Below are positions 23,096 to 36,058 of a stretch of 64,000 bases of DNA, piece after piece. Where the stretch lies: contig CM119375.1 in the NCBI GenBank assembly GCA_051294905.1, positions 7,130,001 through 7,194,000 on the forward strand, read 5' to 3'. The notes beneath the pieces are model-generated. The model was not told where the DNA came from and ran no database searches. It was given only the letters and a program-made list of their open reading frames with translations. This DNA is from Botryllus schlosseri. Taxonomy: Eukaryota. The translations under genes and the position numbers were made by a program. Numbering within the stretch: position 1 is the stretch's first letter; each line of letters starts with the position of its first letter.

Positions 23096-23614
23096 TCAAA
23101 TTTTGGAATAAACTTGAACGGTGGGATTGTAACGTCGAGTATATGGCGGGGACGTTAGCGCTTGTAAGTCTACCGGATTAGTCGCGCAATATCCTTGTTT
23201 AACCCTCTTTGCGTTAAGCACGGCTAAATAATTGCGAAGATTTGCGTACACCGCACCTGATGCAAAGTCGATCCATAAGTCCAAACTACGCTCTACAGCA
23301 TTAGAGCGCAAGGTTCGCGAATTAAGGATACGAATTGAGATTGATCGCTCCAGGTCATGTTTAAGTAATTGGTAAATGCTGCGCGCTGTTGACATTAGAT
23401 TGTAATAATGATTAAATATGGGATTATTGAGCGAATGGTCATCAGTGTATTTCATAAGCAAGGTGTACAAGCTTGAGTTAAGCGGGCGCACTTTGGTTTT
23501 ACACGGACGTGTCTTAGCGGGAACGACGATGGCATTCTGGGTAAGCGTCGGTTTTGCTGCGTTTTCCCCGTGATCTAAATCGTCTTCAGTGGAGTAATTT
23601 TCCCAATTTTCCAT
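23096..23614 (-). CDS. Orphan intronless ORF, 172 aa, unknown product
   Basis: ATG start with an in-frame stop just upstream, acidic N-terminus (MENWENYSTEDDLD), convergent with the Sp 3' end. No recognisable domain. Confidence 0.4.
   Translation of the reverse strand: MENWENYSTEDDLDHGENAAKPTLTQNAIVVPAKTRPCKTKVRPLNSSLYTLLMKYTDDHSLNNPIFNHYYNLMSTARSIYQLLKHDLERSISIRILNSRTLRSNAVERSLDLWIDFASGAVYANLRNYLAVLNAKRVKQGYCATNPVDLQALTSPPYTRRYNPTVQVYSKI
23107..23112 (+). terminator. Likely polyadenylation signal of the Sp gene
   Basis: First AATAAA I found downstream of the TGA at 22663. Confidence 0.45.
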
Positions 23615-24584
23615 TCGGATTTAAAGACGACAGTGGGATAAGGCAGTCGTGTCAAGACAAATATCGTATTCCGACTTCGATGTTGGTATATCCAGGTAGA
23701 TTGGAATACGGGCGTAGCGGCGATAACAAGGTACAAATACAACAAATTGCGCCTGAATTATTAAACAGCTTCTCTGCTTGTTATCCGGGGATCGTAGATC
23801 GCAACTCCGTACAATGGTGATAACGTCGCAACTGCCGGGCGATGAATTAGTAATTTCCGCGGACTCCAGTACACCAACACTAAAAATCTTGTCGGAAAAG
23901 CTCGCCCTTGAATTCTCTGCGGGGCAGGTACAATACGCAAAAGTGCGACTATTGATGTATGTCTTGGTTAGTTAAATGTATATGTCTTGGCTTTGAAGTA
24001 ACCGATATGTAATGGCGTGGAAATGCCCAATCAATTCGAATTTCTAGGGGATTATAAATTGATCCGTCAACGTAATCGACATTCTCTTTGTTGTTGGCGA
24101 GAATTTATCGGCATTGACGTTTACGAGACTTTCCGGGAAAGTTGGGGGGCTTATCGTGATGTGCATGTGAATAAATTATTAGATTCAAATTATATGGTAC
24201 GCGGTCGGGATTGTACAAAAGGCCGATTGGAACTTGACAGCATCAAATTTGGCTATTCCACCGAGAATGCGGAAATCGTGATGATCTGAACCGGTTCCAG
24301 ATTGGTGGAATCCAAGGCTGACCATCTCTTTATCAGCCTGCACGCATTGTAGTGCGTCTTAGTTGTAAGTTCGGCCACAGAACAGACGATTTCACCTTCC
24401 TTTGTCATATATACCCGATAGCTCGTTGGACTGGAATCGGCATAAGAGCAGGATGGACTGGAATCGGTATAAGAGCAGCAGTTGACCATGATACGCGGAA
24501 CACTACGCCAATCTGCATTGCAAGCGTTCGCGCCCGAGCCATAAAAACTAAAATCTACCACGATAACACGATACAGATCTAACT

Positions 24585-24710
24585 ACACATACTATACTAC
24601 TACTACTATACTACACATGCTATACTACACATTGTGTGCAAGTGTGCATGAGCAATGATAGTGTAAAAAGAATTAAAATCAAATTGTAAAAAGAATTAAA
24701 ATCAAATTGT
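24585..24710 (+). repeat. (TAC)n microsatellite and 23-bp tandem duplication
   Basis: actatactactactactatactac; gtaaaaagaattaaaatcaaatt occurs twice. Confidence 0.8.
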
Positions 24711-24981
24711 AATTTTCACAGAAAACGAAACCGTAGTATAATGAACATCTATTGTTAATTTGTTAACTTTCGCTGCTCTCTTTCAAAAATGCAAGGCTTC
24801 ACCTTGTCAAATGTCAACGTATTGTTCTAGTTGCAAGACAACAGCGTGATACCAATTACTAATTGATTAATTGCAAATGCGCTTATAAACATTGTAGATA
24901 GAATTGGTGTTCAAAAGAAGGGGTTGTTGGTTTGAATATCTACCTCCATTGCGTACGCCACTATGCAGACGGCGTGACACC

Positions 24982-25417
24982 TAGGGTTGCATTTAAAACA
25001 AAAATCAGTTTAGAACACATGTTTAAAACAAGTCACTTGTTTAAAACATGTTTTTTTAATGTGTTTTTTTGCTGTTTTTCTTTCTAGAGCCATGACGTCA
25101 CGAATATTCAATTATGACGTCATAGTGGATTGACATTGACAATTGAATATATAGGGTAAATATAGCCTCTTTGATGAAATATATGTACTACTGCTGTTAA
25201 ACCGACCATTTTTAGGGTTCCAACCATCCCGTATCGATAAACGTCGGCTCTAATATATCGGGTGGTAATTGTCCGTGTCTGTAGGCTCATACAACATGTT
25301 TTCTGGAAATTATTTACACAATTATGGCATAATTTTACAATTAAAAAAAGGCCTTTGTTTGAAACAAAGTTTTAAACAACGTGTTTTAAAACGCCGTTTG
25401 TTTTAAATGAAGCCCTA
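24982..25417 (+). mobile_element. Family B hAT MITE
   Basis: TAGGGTTGCATTTAAAACAAA...TTTGTTTTAAATGAAGCCCTA. TSD gtgacacc / gtaacacc (7/8). Confidence 0.9.
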
Positions 25418-25929
25418 GTAACACCACAACGGAACATAATTTTACTTGTGATTGGGCCTGATTACCTGCAACCAATAATGGCCAAGACGGGCGTATCGCC
25501 ACGAACCATATGCATAAGTATAGTGTGTGTCATGACCTCCAGGGAAACCACGAGACTGCCTCATGGAACCCATGGTGATCCATGGAACATCAGTTATGAA
25601 CCACCGGCATAGAGGTTACAATAACGACTTCGATTTTCAATATTCAATCACGCCCGTGCTACACCTACTAGGATATGCTGCAATGGGGGATCATACTGAA
25701 TCTGCACGCAACGCAGATCGAGCTCTTAATGGTACTCATCACCTTTGCTGCTCTCGCATGTTATCCAGCCCATGCAACTATATGTCGGGAACAATAGAAT
25801 ATTCGTAAATCTATGTGCCGACTACCATAAATGTGAAGTGTAGGTAAGGAGAATTAATTATACGGGTATTTTATTTGCTATTCCGTGATGGGGTGGACCG
25901 TGACCAACAATATCGTAGCCAGTAGCCGA

Positions 25930-26209
25930 CAGAGATAGCCACAGTCCGGTTCAGAAGCCGGAGCCGGAGCAGGATTTCATTGATTTTTTACCTGGCCGGA
26001 CTGGATCCGGATTTCGAATCTGTGGTGACTGTCGGGTTTTAGTCGGATTTTTTTGATGCAATATGATTAATTAGCATTGTTACGGCAGGATTTTTTCGGA
26101 TTCCGAACTGGACCTTCACCAGCCGGATTTTTTCGGACTCCGAATTTCCAAATGCCATCCGGATCCGGATAGATTCGGATCCAGAAATTTGGGAATCCAC
26201 CCATCTCTA
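25930..26209. mobile_element. MITE with CCGGAT/TCCGGA subterminal repeats
   Basis: Ends CAGAGATAG / CCATCTCTA. Flanking direct repeat agccga (25924-25929 and 26210-26215). Confidence 0.65.
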
Positions 26210-26769
26210 AGCCGAGTGGGGTATTATCGCCATCTAGTGGACAATGTTCGGAATCGTCAGTTTTTGAAATATCAATTCTCTGGAGTCTCGAATAAAACTA
26301 TAGTGTACAATTTCCACATCCTTATGTCTTCAGAGTAAACATTAGAGAGGGACAATTCATATCCACTGAAAAATCACACAAAGTTGTATCTGTTGCAAAT
26401 AAGAGGACGTGTCGCGATTTTGACGCTGCGGCACTGCTGGTTTGATTAGGAAGATTCAGCCTATATGTTACGTATTATCGTTGTTGTTGGCCACGCATCC
26501 TATGTCAAGCTCCCTATTAGTAAGCATAATATTGGTACAATATGTTCTGAGCAATATTACAAAATAGGAATCGTGGTCATGATGAGTCACTCGTCTTGTT
26601 TCTTATCCTGTTGCTGCGACCATTCCATGTGCCGACAAATGTAGTTCCACAAGCAGCCCGTATTGCGTTATGCGGTATATGCAGTAACTGATGGGGTGAT
26701 TAGAGTAATAGATAAAAAATATCGATTGAGCAGAGTTGGTCAGTAACAAAGTACTTCTACTTTTAAGAG

Positions 26770-28287
26770 CAGGGGTGGGCAAACTTTTGAGCTCGCGGGC
26801 CGCATTCAACATCTGAAGCCATTCGCGAGCCGCACTATAAACCAAAACGCAATATTGGGATTTGATAGTGAGGACATGGAGATAATATATATGTTATATT
26901 TAAAACAAAACAAACATTGCTTTGATGATATCGTACACGCGTCCGAAACAGTGGCAAGATTTCATAGGCTGGTCGACCTCAATAACCAATTTCTCAAAAC
27001 TATATATAGTGAAAGTCGGTTGTCAAGGTTTCTGGTTTAAATCAGGCTGATTTAAATTAGTGTGATTTAAATCAAGTTTTTTTTCGTTGTTTTTTTATTT
27101 TAATTTTATCATTTTGATTTTATTGATTATTTTGGTTTTTTCAAATTTTCGGACGAGATGCGTGAGTGTGGTTTATTATCGGGCAATCATGTGCATGTTA
27201 TATAAACCGGAGATAGCATCTCGTCACCAGCACCGGTATAGTTCAGCTATTTGACAGACAGACGGGAAAAGAGCAAAGAGCGATAGTCAATCAATATGTT
27301 AGCGTTTTGCTGTGGATGCTAGTTAGTTGTCTGGGACATGTTGCTGCTATTTCCGAGGCACTGGTGGGATCTCACAAACGCAGCTCAATCCGGAGTCTCT
27401 ATTGCATTCGAAAGATTCCCTCATCTCCGATCCAGTTTCCTGGCAGAAACCACTCCATCGATCAAGATGAAGATGCAACTATTATGGATGGTCTCAATTT
27501 GACTGAACATGTTTCCACGCTACCAGAACAGATCAGTAATGATTCGGGCGACCCATCATTAACGCATATGTTGAACGTTTTCAGCTATCTGGATGATGAT
27601 TCACAGCAACACATTATTGAAGGTTAAGCGTAATCCTTCATCACCTTGATTGACATGGTAGTCATTCATCCCATTTTCTTTTGTTCGTGTTGTTATTATT
27701 ATGAATAAAAAAACAAAACAAAAAACCAACAAATCATGATTTTAATTATTTAATTAGAACAGGATTGAAATTTAAATCTGTGAGCAGCGATCTGTTCATA
27801 GATTTACTAATTCCACTTTTGGTTCAGTTCCAGGATACACAATGTTGACAGCATGATAACCATGTCACTATATGTGTAGATAAAATATAAATACCGTAAT
27901 TCTACCCATACAGAGAACGAATCTACCTACAACACCTAACGGTTAGTTTGATGGAATGGAAGGTTACTACTATGTGGATGAGAGATTATTAAATATGAAA
28001 TTCAGACTAAATACAGAGCAATAACTATGAATTGGATGCAAATCGCACGAAGAGCGAAAAAAATCAGTTGAGATCAGCTTCGCGCCCCCCTTCAGATGCT
28101 TTCACGCCCTCCTAATATAGTTGAAGAATCACTGCCTTAGAATTAACATGGTGAGATATACTAAGAAACAGATTAATCAAGTCCTTGCATTAATTCGAAT
28201 TTTAGTACGCATTTTATCAATCTTTAGACTCTCACGGGCCGCACAGATCGGTGTTGCGGGCAGCGAGCCGTAGTTTGCCCACCCCTA
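26770..28287. mobile_element. Charlie-like hAT non-autonomous element containing further insertions
   Basis: TIR CAGGGGTGGGCAAAC / GTTTGCCCACCCCTA, TSD tttaagag / ttttagag (7/8). Interior contains a GATTTAAATC-rich segment (about 27020-27780) and another MITE end near 28080-28137. Confidence 0.85.
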
Positions 28288-28582
28288 TTTTAGAGGTAAT
28301 CGAGTAGATTCTGCCTAATCGCATTAGTTACTCAAGTGGTTATGTTTCTAAATAATTTCTATTTCCACATAGCAGTTTCCAGTCAATAGGCAAACTTAGA
28401 CCTAGAATACCTACTTCGTTAAGAATTGTTACTTTTCCTTGTACGCCTGCTTGAGTAGAAATGTACGACATTACTTATAGGCCTTACTTCTACTTGACTA
28501 CCAACGATGACCATTCTAGCCCCCTGCGCGATTGGGTAGACGATATTTAGAAACGAATTCCGAGCTGACTCAGAGGTATAGG

Positions 28583-29940
28583 CAGGGTTGCCATACCGTC
28601 CTTATTTCTAAGATTTGTCCTTATTTTGAAGGGCCACGTCTTAGAAAACTCAACTGTCCTTATTTCTAAGAAATGTCCTTATTTTCGACTTGCGCCCTTC
28701 TTTTGTCTTATTTTCAACCGCTACAGAACTTCCATCGTTTTCCTCTGGTATCTGTGCTGCATAATATCCTAAAATGATGCTTTTTCGTCGAGATTGTATG
28801 ACATCATAAATAAAAGGAACTCTCGTGACGTACACACCACAAGATTTGACTTCTAAGTGGTGAGATAGCTAGGCCAGTGAGTGGTGGTACATCAGTTTGG
28901 GCTGTTACCAAACTACCGCAGCGGACGTCATTTTAGCAGTAAACAGCAATGTCAGGTTACTGCTGTTTGTCTACAGTAGAATAAGCTCAAGCAGCATTTA
29001 TTGCGTGTAGTGAAAAAAGGCGCAGTGCAGTTGACACATTGGTCAAAAAGTAGTAAAGCTATAAATCATTGATAAATTTCTCTAAATTATGTTGCACTTG
29101 CGCATATAGTTTTAGCTACAAATAAGGCTAAATCTGACTAGTTTAAATAAACAGGCGTAAAAACGTTTTTCGTGGCGATTATGAGTGAGAATTCAAAGGT
29201 ATCTAGCGAAGATTGAAGGGCGAGTGTTTCGCACATAGCAATATCTGCAACTAACCTGGAGGCCATAGGAAAGACCGCTACTTCGACTTACATTGATACC
29301 CCAAAACACAAGAAGTGTGTCATGATGATTAATTTGAGCCAATCGATGAATAATTTCTCCACAAGTCGATCAGCACCAACGACCTCAGACTACAAGGCAG
29401 CTGCTGCAGAGGGTACCGGGGAATTCCATACTGTCAAACACCAGCATTCATTCCTCACCAACGATTGCACATCGCAATTGTTCAAAGCAATATTCCCCGA
29501 TTCCAACATCGCAAATAACTTTTCTTCGGCCAGTCCCAAGACTACAAGCATTGTTACTGGAGTTTTTGCTCCATACGCTCAAAAATGATTTTTTCTAAAC
29601 TTGGTGTACGGCCTTTTCCATCTTGGTTGACGGCTCTAACGAGGTGAAGAAGTTTGGTTTATCCCCCAGGTGTCGAGACCAACGGTGTTTTTTTTGGTGG
29701 GGGGACTGACGAACTGCTGTTTCGGCCCCGAGTAAAGGTAAACCTAGAACTGAGCTGTCGCGAGATCTCTGAAGCACTCTCTAATAACAGAGAGTTGCTG
29801 GAGCAGATTTTTTCTGGTGAAAAGTATGGAATGTGATATGCCACGCTCGTATAAAGACAAAGTATGTACAAAAACGCTTTTTGATGCTAATTTAATTTTT
29901 CGACTGTCCTTATTTTTGGTCCATGTCGATGGCAACCCTG
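28583..29940 (+). mobile_element. Internally deleted Blackjack-like hAT transposon with transposase remnants
   Basis: TIR CAGGGTTGCCA / TGGCAACCCTG, TGTCCTTATTT subterminal repeats, perfect TSD GGTATAGG. Remnant peptides AAAAEGTGEFHTVKHQHSF..DCTSQLFKAIFPDSNIA (N-terminal part) and KVNLELSCREI...NRELLEQIFSGEKY (C-terminal part). Confidence 0.92.
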
Positions 29941-29976
29941 GGTATAGGTATAGTGAGGATATACGATTTCAATGGG

Positions 29977-31711
29977 CAGAGGTGGTCAAAGTAGTCAAGA
30001 AAGCTACTCAAGTAGAAGTTGAAGTAGCGACGAAAAAAATATACTCAAGTACGAGTAGAAGTACTTCTTACTGAAGCAGCCTAAAACTACTTGAAGTAGA
30101 AGTAGAATTAACTGACTTTAAATCTACTCAAGTAACTAAGTAGTTATGAAAACGATCGTAATTTATTCACATGGACTGTTATAAGCTGCAAATTGCAGAG
30201 AGGTGCAGTCAATGTGCAGAGAGGTGACGTGACGTGACGTGATGACGTGAGGTGCTAGAGTAGAGTTGCTTTGGGCTGCGTCATGTTCTTTTTATATTAT
30301 TACTACCCTTCGCTTTCTCTTATTAAAATTACTAGCCTTTGCGTCCTCTTTATATTATTATATATATTTCTCATACACTCAACTTGACTTATTTAATATC
30401 ACTACTAACATAATATATTATCTGTAAAATTTTCGCTACATAATTGCAAACTAAATCTCACAATCTAGTCACTTCCGTGGGTAGAGGCAATCCCACCAAT
30501 GACAGCCTACGGGGAAGAGATCTAGTTGTAAAGCATTGGGATGCTTACCAAACCAAATCCAGTTTTGTTATATTCGATCGTAAGAATTCCAAATGGATCC
30601 ACTACAGAAATCATATACTGCGCCTTAAAATGTGCAATTTATTTTTCTGTTTCGCAGCTCAACACTGTCAAAAGCTGCAAATTGACCTATATGCGGAAGG
30701 TGTAGAGAGCTTGATTCATATTGATGCATCCCAGCAGGTGTCAATTTTGGACAGAATAAGCATTCATCCGCATCATGGGATGTAAATAATAGTATTGATG
30801 TTGAAATGCTATACTAATTACTAATCCTTCGTTTACTCGAACACCCCGTTTTAGAGAATATCATGGCTTTACGCCCTCCCCCATATAATAAGGTCCCTAG
30901 TTCAGTCGAACAGCAATACGGAGAAGCTGTATCGGATACGGCTTAAACACTTCGCGCGATTAGTATACATTAATTCAAAATATGGCAGATCAAAAATGCC
31001 ATATAGTGTACAGCTTTGTTTTCGGAAAATATAAGGCATTGCTACACTTGCTTTTGTACTTCAACATGTACGTTCTCCAGACAAAAGAACTGAAACTATA
31101 ATTGGAGCTCAACGTATAATACTCGTAATTGAAAGAAAAATACAGATACTGCTTCTACAACGCGGAAAATATATTTCATGTCTTTTGTCCAGAAACTTTC
31201 AACGGTGGTCTGATAAAACAGGTCTAGTAGCGTTTAAAAAAGTCAAATTCCACTTTTCAGATTAGGACACGCCATGGGCTGCCAGGTATAATAGGTAATA
31301 AATGCTAGATCGCGAAACGATAGTTTCAAACGTTATGGAGGGCCGTACTTACTGTGATGAAATATTTGATACAGGCGACAATGCGGTGTGAATTTCGTTA
31401 AAACATATTTGTCAAGTAGGTGCGCCAAGCGTAGCGAAAATTCTGTGTATTACATGACTTTTATGAAAATTAAACGTTGGTACTACGTGAAAACAGCCCC
31501 GAAATTCCTTAGGCTATCTTTCTTAACGGGGATTAAACTACTTCTACTTGACAAACTGAAAATAGCGAAAAGTAAGTAAGTAGTTCACAAAATATTACGG
31601 AGTAGAAGTAGAAGTAGCGAAAAAAGATCTACTTAAGTGTGTACCAGAAGTAGAGGTAAACTACTTGAGTACTTCGAAAAAGTAGAAGAACTTCGTTACT
31701 GACCACCTCTG
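29977..31711 (+). mobile_element. Longest family E element, with possible hAT dimerisation-domain remnant
   Basis: CAGAGGTGGTCAAAGTAG...TTCGTTACTGACCACCTCTG. Flanks do not form a TSD. Decayed MDPL...TLSKAA...VESL-like peptide at about 30590-30780. Confidence 0.75.
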
Positions 31712-31859
31712 GCTGTGAGCCCATAGTTCTATAAAGTACGTATAAGATTTAACATGAGACCTCTACCATGAGCATGAGTACAGATGGTGAAGAGACAGAG
31801 AGTATCCGCTTGCTAACCAATCGATCGTTGTTATGCGCAAACAACCTCGTGGCCGAAGT

Positions 31860-32020
31860 CCCATTCATTCAATCAATCAATCAATCTATCGTTTGGTTAT
31901 ATTTTCATCATCATTATTTTCATCACATACGCAATGCACAATGAGATATACAACACACACAATGCGATGTAATGAACAGATAAGAGTCTCATCGACCTAG
32001 TGCCCGATGTCACAGTCTTC
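31860..32020 (-). repeat. Retroelement 3'-type fragment with (GATT/GAAT)n tract
   Basis: 18/18 match of 31999-32016 to the reverse complement of 56530-56547; (TCAA)n tract at about 31862-31886. Confidence 0.5.
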
Positions 32021-32839
32021 TTCTTCTCTTCGTCGGTCCTTTTTCAGAAGCTTTTCAGAATCTCATTCTTTTTACCAGATATTTGGAAAAATAAACTTTC
32101 AAATTGCGAGAGAATAAAAGTGAACCGCGGGTGAAGTTAGGTTGTAGGGAAAATTTACGGGTCTGTAGGTGAGACTATTAAGAACACTAAACAACATCTG
32201 TGCGACCCTTGGAAGTAAAGTTCATCACGCATCGTTTCAAAAGTGCAATAATTTCTCGTCCTCTATATGGCGCCATTGCGTTTTTTCATTCATGTTGCGA
32301 TTGCACGAAGTCGGGAATATCAAAGTATGATGCGGTTTCGTTTCTTATCCATTCCCCATTATATTATTACGTCTCGTTAAATAATAAGATATTTACAGTG
32401 GCGCTGTGCAATTGGATGGTGCATTTACATTCATATTCTTTTACACGGTGAATCGTGCAAAATGATGCTAGGTTTTAGGTAAGTCTGAGGATTTCCCAGG
32501 CAGTGTGCAATATGAAATTGGTGTCCTGAACTCGGAAAAATATATACAGTGAGGTTTTGCATCACCTCAAACCAGGAAAGCTGTGCTTAAACGCTGACAT
32601 ATATAATATGTTAGTATAGGGTAACTAAAATCACGGCACTCAAATATTAGAGGAATCCCCCATTTTCAGCCGATATTCTTCCAACTCAACATGCACACAG
32701 ACGCAAGGGATATGAGTTACAGAAAAAAAGTAGCTAGAATATGTTTTTAAGGCAGAAGGCATGGGAAACGGATTAAAAGCCACGACGTTTTGAAAGTCGA
32801 CCAATTCTGAACAGCTCCTTAGATATCGGGTAGATGTCA

Positions 32840-32886
32840 ATTAATCCCCCGACTATAGTAAATATATTTATAGTCGCGGGATTAAT
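32840..32886. repeat. 47-bp hairpin (18-bp arms, 1 mismatch)
   Basis: attaatcccccgactata - 11 nt loop - tatagtcgcgggattaat. Confidence 0.75.
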
Positions 32887-34184
32887 ATATAGGTGCCCCT
32901 GCCCATCTAATATCCTGATATTGACAAATCATGTTGTTCGCTAGCTAGTTATTTTCGTAGATCGTTGCTAAATTAATCATAAAAGCACCGCCCACAAATG
33001 CGTACTGCTTTGAATATCTATGTTTCGAATTGATTTTCATTTCAAGCAAAACTCTGCTTTTATGCTGGGCCTCGTGTGACAAACGCATAGAAATTGATAT
33101 CATCACCAATATGTTTATTCGTTTCAAATCTATTCAAATTGGAATGTTTTGCAGCGACTAAACTAGTTAAATATACCTCTTAAAATTAAGAATAAAATAT
33201 GATTGGGATGTTTAAAAATCTTCATTATAGGAACAAATTAAGATTTTCAAGTTAAGCTGGTTTCGCTTTGACGTAAAATTCGCAGACTTCAGAACTATAA
33301 GGTACGCATGTGACAAAACAATTTGAATATTATTCGAAATCGTTCTGAAGTCATTACTATAGAAATTATAGCATATACCTGAATTATGATCTTGGCAACT
33401 TTCACACCTTATTTATCGTCCACTTACAGAGTTGTAATTTTATTTGTTACAGGAGCTTTCGAAGCGCCGCTGCTTTGTCAGGTGTTAAAGCGAAAGTACT
33501 TACATACATATACTTACGTACTTACTACTTACTATTGTAACTGCATACTTGACGAGTTACGATGTGATACATTGCAAAGGTATACTTTCACGCTAAAGCA
33601 CCGCGATCGAAACCACGACAAGGGCTTTAGACTCAATATATACATCGCAATCTTGCATTATATTACTTTACAAATCAATATGCGCCGATTCTCAAGAAAT
33701 ATTTTAACCATACAATTTATATCCATCCGCGCCGTGGCACGCGATAGAAATTGAATAAAATTCCTCGCAAAGCCCCGAGATAGCGCCGTTGTACGCTTCC
33801 GATGTCTCCCCCTGCTACTAAATGAAAGTTTCAACAACACGAAAATAAACAATGTCAAACGACAGAGAGTTTCGAATGTGAGAGAAAATGTTCCCGTATA
33901 GAGGAAGCTTCACGCAACTCGAATTCACGTCCAATCATGAACGATTCGCATGGTATCTTTTTCAACTGTTATTTGTGACTCGAATCGCGGGAAACACTCC
34001 ATATTTGGAAGCTGAAATGACACTAGGAGGGAAACTATAGTATATCACTAGAAGCTAAACGCGATTTTTACAATGCAATGATTTGTATTAAGTTAATATT
34101 TCAGCACTCAGTTGAGTGCAAGCTGCAACATTTTCAAACATACAATTGTTGATTGTTGATATACAATGTTCTTTCCAATTCTCT

Positions 34185-34280
34185 ACTAGTTGCTGACGAT
34201 TACCCCTGACGAGTGTCAGCCGAAAATATTCGGGTTCATTTCAATATGAATATACTATTCAATTGTAAACATACAATTGT
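34185..34280 (+). repeat. Dispersed repeat family J
   Basis: ccctgacgagtgtcagccgaaaatattcggg...caatatgaatatactattcaattgt. Related copies near 53990, 57160 and 59140. Confidence 0.7.
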
Positions 34281-36058
34281 TGAGAAAACAGGGTGATTTT
34301 CCCCCAGAAAATGGCAAATGTCAAGGTTACGAGCCGCGCATTTATTTAGGCCACAAGATTTCGGCGTTCTGGCGATGCATATGTCATTACTTTCGCACAA
34401 GATAGCGGCAGATACGGAACTACAATAATGAACCTTGGCCTTTGTGTAAAATGACAAATGCGTAGTCGAAACGCCATGAGTACTGGAACAACAACTTGTG
34501 TATCTTTGCTTACGAAACCGGTCGAGAAATCTGTTTACCAGCTAATTATTATTTCGCTCTGTCGTAATGTACAAAGAGGTATGATATGCAACCTGCATAG
34601 CTCTATGCTTTCTGACCGTAATTGCGGTGACGATTATACTGTTAGATCGGAAGAATGTTTGTTGGCGATCGATCTGAACCAGCATTTAATCATGTAGTAG
34701 CGGTATGGCGGTACCTAACACATAAAACCATGAGCCCGAGATTCTAGTATTATTATATGCACTAGAGACAGTAGACACACAATATACAGTGCGATGCAAT
34801 GAACACATGTACGAACTATGCCGGTTCGTAGTTTCGTATTCCCAGAATAATCTTCCTAACTGACAGCAGGAAAACATGCGTTTCTTTCGCCGTATAATCG
34901 AGATCGCCACAAGCTGGTACCCTTAAATTTACCTTGATTATCTCTGAGAACATCTATTTTCGGATGTTCACGGAACGGAAAGTGTGATAATGACGAAATT
35001 GTCCGCAAATCGCCTGAAATAACAATCCCTTATCGCTGTTTTGTTTCGTCACAGGCAGCGTTAAATTCCGACTTCGCTAGCAATTAGATGCCAATTGTGT
35101 CGACAACAGAAGCGCCTAGTTGTATTCCACACACTCCGCGATAGAATATAATTACAACCCGCGTTTCAGGTAATTCGTTACATGTCAGCCACTTAGCAGC
35201 ACTTCCGAACATTTTGATATGTTCTAAACTCCGTATCCTATGGCGCGTTATTAAATCGTTGCATTTCGGCCTAGAGATATTATTATGTATGAATTTTGGG
35301 GTCACGTAACGGATATCGTTCAATTACGGTGAATATGATCCAATGACAACTTTCTCCTTCTCTGGGCGCTACCGGTTAAGAGTCGTACAAGTTTTCGCCA
35401 GACGCAGCGAAATCTGCGCCTTGATTAGGTTATCAGGTTTCCATGCCGCAGGCCAGTGCGATAAAATAAAGATGCCTTTCATATATATATATCCAAATAA
35501 AATATGGAAGCGATTCATTTTATCAATTAAGTGTACATCGCAACATCAGCTTTGCATAAGATACAGTGTATCAGCTCAGGATGTATGGTGTAAATAACTA
35601 AATACTCTCTCTATTAATCAATGTTATAGAAATGGGGCTGGATATAGCTAAAGGTGCAGGCATGCAGAAAAGTTGGTATGATTGTGATACAATCCATATT
35701 TTCTGTAATGCTATGTTGCATATAGTCTGTAACGTTGACCTTTAACCAGCTGATTATAAGGTTTGACCGCTGTAGAATAAGACTTGGACTCTCGCATAAT
35801 TGATACTGGTGTTCCATCGACTGCAAAGCGCGACTTATTACTCCTCCAATCTATCATGTGATCTGGCGAGTATCCAGAGAAGTTAGGAAGCACCGATATC
35901 ATATTCTCATGTGGCGTGTATGTGATATCATCTTGGCTTTGGAATGTGAATCGTAATAACAGGCGAACGCATTTGTCACAAGTGTTCCGCAACACACGTT
36001 AACACACATTAATCTAACTACTGTATGTATGTTTTTTGTAACATCATTCAGTTATTTT

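Noticed and set aside
27307-27627. 106-aa ORF
   Set aside because: Inside nested transposon debris; no start context or domain.
33386-33754. 122-aa ORF
   Set aside because: Low-complexity TAC/CAT-rich intergenic sequence with no splice or domain support.
35614-35995. Two overlapping minus-strand ORFs (94 and 70 aa) divergent from the TSR gene
   Set aside because: No recognisable domain, no consistent exon chain, and located in the presumed promoter; cannot be fully excluded.
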